Assembly (NCBI RefSeq): GCF_009914755.1
Contig: NC_060944.1
Length of the DNA: 64,000 bases
Strand: one strand, 5' to 3'
From: the human T2T-CHM13v2.0 reference genome, Homo sapiens
The notes beneath the pieces are model-generated. The model worked only from the letters and a program-made list of their open reading frames with translations. It searched no databases and was not told the origin of the DNA. Positions 1-9,797 of the stretch are shown here, in pieces. Numbering within the stretch: the stretch's first letter is position 1; each line of letters starts with the position of its first letter. The position numbers were made by a program, and so were the translations under genes.

Positions 1-140
1 TGGCTCTGCCTATGGAGTCCCCGTTCTTTTGTTCTTTTACTTTCCTAATTTACTTTCACTTTATGGACTCGCCGCAAATTCTTTCTTGCATGAGACCCAA
101 AAACCCTTTCTTGGGGTCTGGATCGGGACCCCTTTCCCTG
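1..140 (+). mobile_element. 3' (U5) end of an ERV1 LTR, LTR8-like, truncated by window start
   Basis: GCCTATGGAGT...ATGGACTCGCC...TTCTTTCTTGC...CTTGGGGTCTGGATCGGGACCCCTTTCC matches the remembered LTR8/MER4-group LTR 3' end. Confidence 0.65.
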
Positions 141-238
141 CTCGTCTTCTCTGCATCAGCCCAGACCCCACACCTGTTTCCTGGCGTGGACATGGAGGAC
201 TGAGGCCATCCTCCCAGCCACTGACACACGCCCCTTCT

Positions 239-676
239 GGGGTGGCCCGGCTGGCATTGCCTTCTCCTAACGTTCCCGGGGTGGCCCGGCTGGCATTGCC
301 TTCTCCTAACGTTCCCGGGGTGGCCCGGCTGGCATTGCCTTCTCCTAACGTTCCCGGGGTGGCCCGGCTGGCATTGCCTTCTCCTAACGTTCCCGGGGTG
401 GCCCGGCTGGCATTGCCTTCTCCTAACGTTCCCGGGGTGGCCCGGCTGGCATTGCCTTCTCCTAACGTTCCCGGGGTGGCCCGGCTGGCATTGCCTTCTC
501 CTAACGTTCCCGGGGTGGCCCGGCTGGCATTGCCTTCTCCTAACGTTCCCGGGGTGGCCCGGCTGGCATTGCCTTCTCCTAACGTTCCCGGGGTGGCCCG
601 GCTGGCATTGCCTTCTCCTAACGTTCCTGGGGTGGCCCGGCTGGCATTGCCTTCTCCTAACGTTCCTGGGGTGGCC
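239..676. repeat. 39-bp minisatellite, 11 copies plus a partial
   Basis: Unit GGGGTGGCCCGGCTGGCATTGCCTTCTCCTAACGTTCCC from 239 with period 39; last two units end in CCT. Confidence 0.97.
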
Positions 677-1017
677 TCCAAGGTGCTTGTGACTTTCAGG
701 AGAGCCCAGCAAGGCCACCCTCCGTGCTCCTTGGTCTGAGCATCCTGAGGTGGAGGGTGCATGACCTTCTGTTCAAGAATGCAAATGCCTGGACCAGGAG
801 AGTGTCGGTGTGTGCCAGAGAGCCGCCTCCCTGCATACTTTCCACCCCAGGCAGGGGCTGCCTCTATGGGGCCAGCCGGGAGACTTGCCTGCAGCTGCCT
901 TGGGCCCTGAGTTCCGGCTCCTCCGAAAGCAGCGGGAGGCCCTGGGTCTCCTTCACCCGCCACCACCCCATCTGCAAGACGGGAACGAGAGCCTGGCTTC
1001 GTGGCTTGCACTGCGGA

Positions 1018-1330
1018 GTGCTTAGGACCTGACCCACCCAATCTCCACAGCTCTTCACAGCCTGTGAACGTGGTAAAACGCGTGATTAGGTTAAGGGTCC
1101 CAGCGGGGAGTGCGCCGGCTTGTGGGCACTTAGTACCTGAGCCCACCCAACCTCCAACAACTCCACAACGGCGGTTCCTGAGCTGGGCTATAGAGCGATC
1201 AGTCCCTCACCCACCTCATCTCCAACACCTCCACGGTAGGGGCTCCTGAGCCAGGCTGCTGAGCACTCAGTACCTGATCCACCCAATATCCAACACCTCC
1301 ACAGTGGGGGCTCCCGTGCCGGGCTGCAGA
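1018..1330. repeat. Degenerate ~68-bp tandem repeat (3-4 copies)
   Basis: Recurring CT(T/C)AGTACCTGA..CCACCCAA..TCCAACACCTCCAC..GGGGCTCCTGAGC blocks. Confidence 0.6.
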
Positions 1331-1624
1331 GGCCCACAGGACCACACAAGGGTCTCTGTGCCCAATTTCTGAGCACCCTGGCTGGCTGACCTGTGGGGTG
1401 GGGGCAGCTTTGCTGCCATGCACACTTGATGGAATTTCATACTGACAGCTCGCCCACCCTCTCCTCTCATTCCTCTGGGAGAAAAAAACTTACACGAAAG
1501 ATGTGAACAGGCCCAAGTGGAAAGGAAAGCCGCCACCCCAGGAGGATGCCAAAGGGCGTGGGGGCACACGTCCACGCCGCAGCCCAAGTTTAGGATTTTT
1601 CACGGCAGGTGCTGCTTTCATCTT

Positions 1625-1795
1625 CTGGAACTGCCACCGTGAAGTACCACAAACTGGGCAGCTTAAAACAAGAGAAACTGATCCCCTCATGGTCCCGGAG
1701 GCCAGAAGCCCCAAATCAAGGTGTGGGCAGGGCATGAGTCCTCCTAGGGGGATTCTCCTTGCCTCTTTCTGCATCTGGTGGTGGCCGTCAATCCC
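1625..1795 (-). mobile_element. MLT1 (MaLR) LTR 3' fragment
   Basis: AAGTACCACAAACTGGGCAGCTTAAAACAA...GAGGCCAGAAG...AAATCAAGGTGT is the reverse complement of an MLT1C/D-type 3' end. Confidence 0.7.
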
Positions 1796-2301
1796 AGCTC
1801 CCAGCACTGCAAGCTGCTGGCAAAGGCCAGGAAGTCAGAGATGGAACCTGAGCTGCTGCTCAGAGGAGCCGGGCTCAGTCACACACACGATGCAGACAGT
1901 TCCCAGATCGACTAAGGAAGCAAGTAGCCAGAAGCACTGTTTGCAACAGGCTGTCATTCTGCTTTTTAGGGAAGGGATATTTACTCAGATACACACTGTC
2001 TCTGTAGGCAGATGAGAAACCAGCCACTGCGCGGCTTCTGAGGAAGGTGCTTGTCCAGGAGGCAGGAGGACAGGGAGGCCCGATTCCCAGAGCTGCATCT
2101 CTACGGAAACCGTCCTCTACCACTGGGAACATTCTTAACAGAAGAAAATACCCGCAGTGGCCTGAGTGGTAGCCCCCAAGAAGGTAGGTCCACACCCTAA
2201 TCTTCAGAGCCTGTAAATGTGGTAAAACACATAATTAGGTTAACGGTCCCAAGAAAAGGGGCTTATCCTGGATCATCAGAGGGGCCCCTGATGCCATTAC
2301 C

Positions 2302-2692
2302 TGTGGCATGGTCTGGCTCTGTGTCCCCACTCAAATCTCATGTTGAATTGTGATCCTGAGTGTTGGAGGTGGGGCTTGGTGGGAGGTGGTTGGACCATGG
2401 GGGTGGCTTCTAATGGCTTCTAACCATCCCTGAGTGCTGTCTCATGATAGAATTCTCACGAGATCTGGTGGTTTGAAAGTGCCCCCACGCCCCACTCTCT
2501 CTTCCTCCTGCACCAGCCAGGTAGGACGCCCTGGCTTCCCCTACACCTTCCGCCATGACTGTAAGTTTCCTGAGGCTTCCCCAGCCACGCTTCCTGTACA
2601 GCTCGGGGAATCATAGCCAATTAAACCTCTTTTCTGTATAAACTTCCCAGTCTCAGGTAGTTCTTTATAGCAATGTGGGAACTACTAATACA
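2302..2692 (+). mobile_element. MSTA/MSTB MaLR solo LTR
   Basis: Starts TG..GGCTCTGTGTCCCCACTCAAATCTCATGTTGAATTGT; ends TAAACCTCTTTTCTGTATA..CCCAGTCTCAGG..CTTTATAGCAATG..ACTAATACA. Confidence 0.8.
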
Positions 2693-2698
2693 ACATAC

Positions 2699-2702
<4 letters not shown>

Positions 2703-2743
<41 letters not shown>

Positions 2744-2893
2744 AGACAGGGTCTTGCTCTGTTGCCCAGGCTGGAATGCAGTGGCTCCATCGTAGCTCAC
2801 TTGCTGCAGCCGAACACCCCCGGGCTCAGGCGATCCTCCTACCTCAGTCTCCTGAGTAGCTGGGACCACAGGTGTGTAACACCACACCTGGCC
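2703..2893 (-). mobile_element. Alu right-arm monomer (FRAM/AluJ-like) with ~40-nt poly(A)
   Basis: T-run then GAGACAGGGTCTTGCTCTGTTGCCCAGGCTGG..GGGCTCAGGCGATCCTCC..CACCTGGCC. Confidence 0.85.
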
Positions 2894-3394
2894 TGCATGC
2901 ATCCTTAGAAGAGAGAGGCAGGGGAGTTTGGGGACGAACGCACACAGAGGAGAAGGTGATGTGAAGACAGATGGGGCCATGTCACCTGTGTGCACAGCAG
3001 TGCTCCGACTCATGCTCTGGCCTGCCCGTGCTGAGGGACAGAACCCACAGGGAAACCCGTGCCTCTCCCATGAGATAGAAACTGGCCATCTCCTCTCCAA
3101 ATGGAGATTGGACAGACTGTGTTCCACGGACGGGAGCGAGGGCAGCAGCAGCTAAACCAGGCCTGTCTCCACCTCCCACACAGGCAGCAGTGTCCAGGTG
3201 GAAGTGTGGAAGTGTGTGCTCCTGGGTGTGTGTGCAGACGTGTGCACACGTGTATGGATGTGACCGTCGGGTACTGGGATGAAGGGGCCAAGAGGGATGG
3301 AGGAAGAGGAGGGCGCTAAGAAGTGGGTCTGTCGTGGGCCTAGCTTGCTGTGCTGCTTGACTGGGGTGTGAGGTACACCCCTCCCCTCCCCAGG

Positions 3395-3569
3395 CATGGC
3401 TGGCTTCACCGTGCGTGACCTGAGCAGCTGCCCAGGGCCCTGTGATGAGAAGGGACCTCTGCTTGGTTTAATTCTCCGAAGTTGCCATATTGAAATCTTT
3501 AACAGTTTTGGAACAAGGGCCCCATATTTTCATTTTGTGCTGGGACTGCAAATTCTGTAGCCAGTCCTG
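3395..3569 (+). mobile_element. MER45A hAT-Tip100 DNA transposon
   Basis: CATGGCTGGCTTCA...TTGAAATCTTTAACAGTTTTGGAACAAGGG..TTTTCATTTTG..CAAATTCTGTAGCCAGTCCTG; near-identical 8-bp flanks TCCCCAGG (3387-3394) and CCCCCAGG (3570-3577) as expected for a hAT target-site duplication (TSD). Confidence 0.75.
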
Positions 3570-3719
3570 CCCCCAGGAAACTCACTGGAAAGGTGTTTAC
3601 AGCATCCTTTGGAGGAAGGGCCGCAGGGCAGGGTCAGCCCTGGAACTTTGGTGGCATTTAATAACTGCAACCACATTTAAGGTGCTGGCAGCTGCAGGAT
3701 TTTACCTGGTTAGTGTGGC

Positions 3720-4140
3720 GGGGGAGGCTGGGAGCAGGGGAGCCTGGGAGGCAGGCAGAGGCTGGGAGGCAGGGGAGGCTGGGAGCAGAGGAGGCTGGGA
3801 GGCAGGGGAGGCTGGGAGGCAGGGAGGCTGGGAGGCAGGGGAGGCTTGGAGGTGGGGAGGCTGGGAGCATGAGAGGCTGGGAGGCAGGAGAGGCTGGGAG
3901 CAGGGGAGGCTGGGAGGCAGGGGAGGCTTGGAGGCAGGGGAGGCTGGGAGGCAGGGGAGGCTGGGAGGCAGGGGAGGCTGGGAGGCAGGGGAGGCTGGGA
4001 GGCGGGGAGGCTTGGAGGTGGGGAGGCTGGGAGCAGGAGAGGCTGGGAGGCAGGGGAGGCTGGGAGGCAGGAGAGGCTGGGAGCAGGAGAGGCTGGGAGG
4101 CAGGGGAGGCTGGGAGGCAGGGGAGGCTGGGAGGCAGGGG
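3720..4140. repeat. G-rich 16-17-bp minisatellite (GGGGAGGCTGGGAGGCA), ~25 copies
   Basis: Direct inspection; produces the Gly/Arg- and Pro-rich pseudo-ORFs at 3490-4204. Confidence 0.95.
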
Positions 4141-4281
4141 AGGGTGGCCAGATGTAGCAAGTAAGGACACAGGATGCCCCCAGTTAACTTTGAGTTTCAG
4201 ATAACTAGAAATACATTTGTAGGGTAAATATGCCCCATGCAATACTTGGGACCTAGTCACTGTTTTTGAATCTGGCACCCC
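4141..4281 (+). mobile_element. MER53 hAT-like DNA transposon, internally deleted
   Basis: AGGGTGGCCAGATGTAGCAA..ACAGGATGCCCC.AGTTAA.TTTGA.TTTCAGATAAC..CCCATGCAATA.TTGGGAC..ATCTGGCACCCC; inverted termini AGGGTGGCCAGA / TCTGGCACCCC. Confidence 0.7.
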
Positions 4282-5924
4282 AGCTGGGCGTGTTCGGCCA
4301 GGTGGGCAGGGAATCCCAGGGGTTTCCAGGTGGGCTTTGTCCGTGGGCACCGAGTGGGGGGCCTTTGCCTGTAGTAGACCCTGGGGGCCAGACCGCCGCT
4401 TCTGTGCGGAGCTGCCTGTCCTCCTCCCGCTGAGGTTCTGAGGCAGGAGTGCAGCCCCAGGCAGGCTCCTGGTCCAGAGGCATCCAGGGACCACGTCATC
4501 CCTGGAATTTTGGTTGCATTTAATAACTGTAATGTGCAGAGGAGCGGGTCAGCGTTTCAGATTAGCGCCCAGCACGTAACGAGGGCAGCTGCTTCTGTCC
4601 ATCTGGAACTTGCTCTGGTCTCTCTCGGCCAAGGCTCAGCCCACAGGCCTCGCCCACCGACGCCTGCTGGTCTCCATTTAATGAGCGATTTTGGATTAAA
4701 ATGGGAGTCAACAACAGGGCACAATCTACATTAAGTCTCGGCAAAATGAAAATTGCGAAGATTGACTTAGGGTGTTACGGGGAATATATAATCATAGCTC
4801 ATCCATAACATCCCACAGTGCCCGACAGATAACTGAGCTGCCTAGAGGGGGATTAGGAACGCGGGCTTGTGGAGACAGCCCCGCTGTCTGGGCCTGGCCT
4901 GGGAGGTGGCTGGGAGCAATGCACCAGGCTCCGTTTGGGGTGCTGACGTCCTGACATCATGACTTCCCCTGGTGGAAGCACCCTAAACCTGGCTTGTCTA
5001 TTAAAGGCCTGTCCATCAAGGCGTGAAAGAGAAAAAAGTTGAGACGAGATCTGAGTAGGAAAACCCACCCGCCATGTTCCACCTTCTAGAGACAAAGGAC
5101 GGTAAAGCGTGTCTCTGGCCGAGCCTGTTCCATCTCAGGAGCTGCTAGTCTGGTCCTTTCTCATTTGCTGGTTCGTTGCAAGATCGCGTGGGCCTTTCGT
5201 GACTGGTTTATATTCTGCAGTGTTTGTAGTCAGGGCTGGGGACGTCTCCAGGTTAATGCCAAGTGACAGGCAGCGTAGCGGCAGCCCTGCGGGCTGAGCT
5301 CACAGGGGCCTCCCTGGCGTCCCCTCCAGACCATTGCTGCTGTTTCAATCCGTCAGTCCTGCAAGGGCCTGAGCCCCCAGCTGCCCCAGGCCTTTCCACA
5401 CCACGCAGCCTTCCCTTCGCCCGTGCGTGCCTGGCCAACTCATTCCCCTTGCCTGTCTCCACCCTGTCAACCCGGCGCCCGGTGTGCTGTGCTGTGGCTG
5501 GAATCTGGAGAAGTGTTTCTGGAACTGTGGGAGACAGCTGGGCTGCTTCCGAAGGGCTGCCAAGCACGCATCGCACTGCGGATTCTCCGTGTGCCGCAGA
5601 ACTGCAGGCAGGATCTTGACACAGGTCCATGGATCTTTCCAGCAAGATTAAGGCCGGGCCGATCACTTCATTCCCCAAACGTCTCTTTCACATCCAGAGG
5701 CTCACGCAGGGCTCCTCCTGCAAAAATCAAGGCGGTATACGACTTTCAGAGCTTCAGTGAGGGCCCCTGTGGGGCAGCAGAATAAGAATGACAGCAACTC
5801 CCGGCCTGGCCCACTCCAGGGTTTACAGAAACACCTCCTGCAGCTCCTCAACCCCCCAGTGCAGCCACGTTAGTGCTGACAGTCTAGGGCACAGGGAGGG
5901 AAGGAAGACAGACTTGAAGGCCCC

Positions 5925-6245
5925 AGTCCGGTGACTCCGTTTATGAGACATTCTGGAAAAGGCAGAACTCAGGACAGAACACAGGCCAGGGGTCACAGGG
6001 GCACAGGGCAGGGACCACAGCAGGACCTGTGGGGTGATGCAGTGTTCTCTGTCTCGACTGTGGTGGGGGCCGTGTGGCCGTGGTGTTTCAGAAGGGTGAA
6101 TGTCACCGTACATACATTACACCTCAATTTACGAGACAAACGATCAAATCATAGCAAAGTCCTGGACATGGAGAGTGACGCTGGCTGCACTACACTACAT
6201 GTCCTTCATGTCACCGAACTATACACTTAGAAATGGTTACCACGG
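5925..6245 (+). mobile_element. Old L1M 3' UTR fragments
   Basis: TGACTCCGTTTATGAGACATTCTGGAAAAGGCAGAAC..GGGGTGATG..GTTCT..TCTCGACTGTGGTGG..TACATTACACCTCAAT; GAACTATACACTTAGAAATGGTTA. Confidence 0.6.
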
Positions 6246-7165
6246 TGAGCTCCACGTTTCCTCCACTGCAGGCTCTTCAGGCAGAGAACTGGCCGCACCT
6301 GCCCCTTCCGGCTGCCGCTCTCTAGTGAAGGGCTGTGGTGCCTGTGTCACCCCCATGTGGCGTGGAGCCGCGTGACTCAGGTCCAGCTGGAGGCTGCTGC
6401 GTCTGTGGGACTGCAGCTGACCCTGATGCAGTGACCATGCGGGCCTGGAGTGGGGAGGCCCCCCCTTAATCCTCAGGACGCAGCTCAATGACGGTCACTC
6501 CCCAGCAGAGAAGGTGGCCGGATGGGCGAGGGGAGCGGGGGCCCAGCCTGCAGGTGCAGACCTCAGCTGGCCACCTGGCGTGGAGTTTGCCAAGGACAGG
6601 GACACAGTGCCGAGGTCGGAGCCCGGGCGGAGACCTCACCCTCAGCCTGTGGGGCAGTGTGTCTGGACCACAGCAGGGCCCTGGACACGCCCCTCCCTCC
6701 CCAGCACACCAGCCTCTGAGCGCGTCTGTTCATTTGTAATTATTTTGGAAACACCTGTTCAACTACATGATGGGGGCAAGGCGTGGGGAGCGTCCTCTTT
6801 CCACAACACATTTTGTTGCTGCAGGCTGTACAGAGGCTGCTTAGTGACACTGCATCCTGGAGAGTCCATCTGTCCCCTGTCCCCTCCTCTGTCCCCACAG
6901 CTGCAATCCCACACAATATCAATTAGCCACAGCATCACCACCACCTGTGCGGGAGACGGGTCCCTCACTGATAACCAGCAGGTCTGGGGGAGCCATGTCT
7001 CCTCAAAGTTACCTTTTAAGCCTCATTAAGCAGAAAGTCAGAGCTGACTTGCTACACCCATGCTCACTGAAAGGTGCTGACCGTTGGCCGGGCGCAGTGG
7101 CTCTCGCCCACCTTCTGGAACAGCCATGAGGCAGGGGTGACCCCACCCTGGGTGAGGCTCAGGAG

Positions 7166-7264
7166 TTTCTCCTGGGCTGACACCCATTTTCTCCGAGCCA
7201 CAGCCACGAAGGCTCAGGCGTTTCTCCTGGGCTGACACCCATTTTCTCCGAGCCACAGCCACGA
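7166..7264. repeat. Local direct duplication (2 copies, ~54-bp period)
   Basis: TTTCTCCTGGGCTGACACCCATTTTCTCCGAGCCACAGCCACGA occurs twice. Confidence 0.9.
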
Positions 7265-7357
7265 GATGCTCTTTGGTCTCGGGCCACATCTCTACACTGC
7301 GTCTTGGGGCGATGCTCACAGTGGGCACAGCTGTGGTCTCAGGGGCTGATAGTAAAG

Positions 7358-7676
<319 letters not shown>

Positions 7677-8674
7677 TGACAGTCAAGTTTTAAATCTGAG
7701 CTTTGGTGCTTTGGAAAGAGTAACCTTCTCCCCCAGCCTCGGTTTCTCCTTCTGAAAAAATGGTCAATGGTCAATGGAATCCCACAGGCCTGTTGTCTCA
7801 AGTCCACAGCCTCCATTTCAAAAGGCTCTGAAAATGGAAATGTTAAAAAAAACACTCATTTGATAGCAAAGCCTGCCCTGGAGGGACCTGAGGCTGGGTG
7901 TGGTCTTCGCCTTGCATGCCTGCGGTGGGAGTCCTCGATTTCAGGAGGAAACAGCCACAGCCCCTAACTCTGGCCCCTCCCTGCCCTGGCCCTGTTGTGA
8001 CTCAGTCTCACTCCAGTTTCCCTCCCTGGGGGGAGAAAGCCTGAAGGGAACCATGGCCGAAGGACCCCCACACTGAGGACAGGCCGTCATCCTCCCTGGC
8101 GCTCCCTTCTCCTTGCCCTCCTGTGTCTGGGTTCAGGGAGGCTACACGTGCCTCTGGCTGTGACGTCTGCGAGTGGGGTGTGCCCTGGATGCCATGCAGC
8201 CTTCCTGCTGGGCAATGAGGAAGCGCTGGCCTGCCCCCGGCTTTCCCTCCCTCTCTATGCTCACCCCTCCGACGCGCACAGGAGAAGCACGGGGAAGCCG
8301 GGTGCACTCAGAGTTGGGGACAGCCTGGGAACCTCCCACGCTCCAACTCTCTCTTCTCCTTCCAGAAAGGGTTACAGGGCCTGACCTCTGGGACACCCAA
8401 CTCATCGTGTTTGCCAGGGCTTTCCAGGGTTTAAGAAAGACAGAAAGGGCTGTGTCCTGGGAATTGGAATGGTGGCTCACGTCTCACCTCGGTGAAACAC
8501 ACAAGGCAAACTCGACAGAAAGGGAAGGAGGGCCCCAGAGATCTCTCAGGGCTGGAGGTGGAGGGACGTGGGGGCAGCAGGGCTGTCCTGGCAGGTCAGA
8601 GTTGTGCTGTAACAGGACGAAGGCGAGGGGGCTGGAAACCCACACAGAAAGAGAGCTGTATGCAGCATCGCACC

Positions 8675-9083
8675 ACAAACATGCTCATATATGCATACAC
8701 ATGCACGCACCCCACATGCATGCATACACACCACACATATGCATACAAATGCACACCCCCGTGTATGCACACACATGCCAAACACATGCGCACATCCCCC
8801 ACATGCATGCACACACACCCCACATATGCACACACCCCACATGCATGTACACCCCCCACATATGCACACATATGCACACACCACACATATGCACCCCCCA
8901 TGCATGCACACACACCACACATATCCACACACATGCACACCCCCCACACACATACACACAAACCACACAAATGCACACACACGCACACACACCACATATG
9001 GACACATGCACACACACATCATATATGCACATGTCCACACAGGCACACCACATGGACACACACATATAGCACACACAAACACA
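8675..9083. repeat. CA/CATG/CATA-rich low-complexity tract
   Basis: Alternating purine-pyrimidine sequence; gives His/Thr and Cys/Val pseudo-ORFs. Confidence 0.95.
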
Positions 9084-9708
9084 AGTTTGGGTAACACACT
9101 TGGGCAGAGATAATTTTTGCCCCCATCTGATGTCTGCCTGTCTCAAGACTAGGGTGACGACAGGCGCTCAGTTGCCCCACCAGGGCCAGTCTTTCCTTTC
9201 CAGACCCGCCAGGCCTTCCCCAAGCCGGATGAAACCAGCACCTACCTGGGCTGGGGGAGGTGACCAGGGGCTTGAGACCTGCTATACATTTGGGATATTT
9301 TTAAAAGCATGGGTTGATGGTTAGGGGAGCAGAGCTACCCAGACAAGAGGGGGTGCACTGCAGAAGCACCCCATCTTCTGCAGAGAGCCTTGAAGGAGGA
9401 GGAGGAGTGGGGAGGGGAAGGGGAGAGGGAAGAGGGGAGGGCGAGCCTAGTGCTTTTCCTTCTGTTAGTGCCCTGGAAGCTGCTAAGGTAGAAGGCAGGA
9501 GAGCAGACGGCTTTGGATGCATCTGCTCATTCTGGACACACCGCTGATGCTACCACCCTGAGGGCGGATCCAGGGTAAAAGCAGGGGAGTGCTCGTCTCT
9601 TCCCGGCAGCAGGTGAAGACGCTTATTTTGGAAACCCAGATTCCTGAATGTGAAATCAACATCTTCCCGTTTGTCTATGGTGCTTGGAATGAAAGCGAGG
9701 GCTTCACC

Positions 9709-9797
9709 GACTTCTCAGCTCAGGGCCGTGGGGACTCTCTCCAGCAGGTGTCACTGACTTCTCGGCTCAGGGCCGTGGGGACACTCTCCGGCAGGTG
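9709..9797. repeat. 47-bp direct duplication
   Basis: GACTTCTC(A/G)GCTCAGGGCCGTGGGGAC(T/A)CTCTCC(A/G)GCAGGTG twice. Confidence 0.85.

Larger units (their letters stand above)
2155..2975 (+). mobile_element. MLT1C/D-like LTR interrupted by an MST LTR and an Alu monomer
   Basis: 5' part GCCCCCAAG..GTCCACACCCTAATC..CCTGTAAATGT..TTATCCTGGAT (2155-2301); resumes at ~2900 with CATCCTTAGAAGAGAGAGGCAG..GAGGAGAAGGTGATGTGAAGAC. Confidence 0.65.

Noticed and set aside
29-1146. 220-361 aa ORFs on both strands
   Set aside because: Translations of the 39-bp VNTR; no domain or gene structure
8173-9146. His/Thr- and Cys/Val-rich ORFs resembling metal-binding proteins
   Set aside because: CA/TG low-complexity artefact
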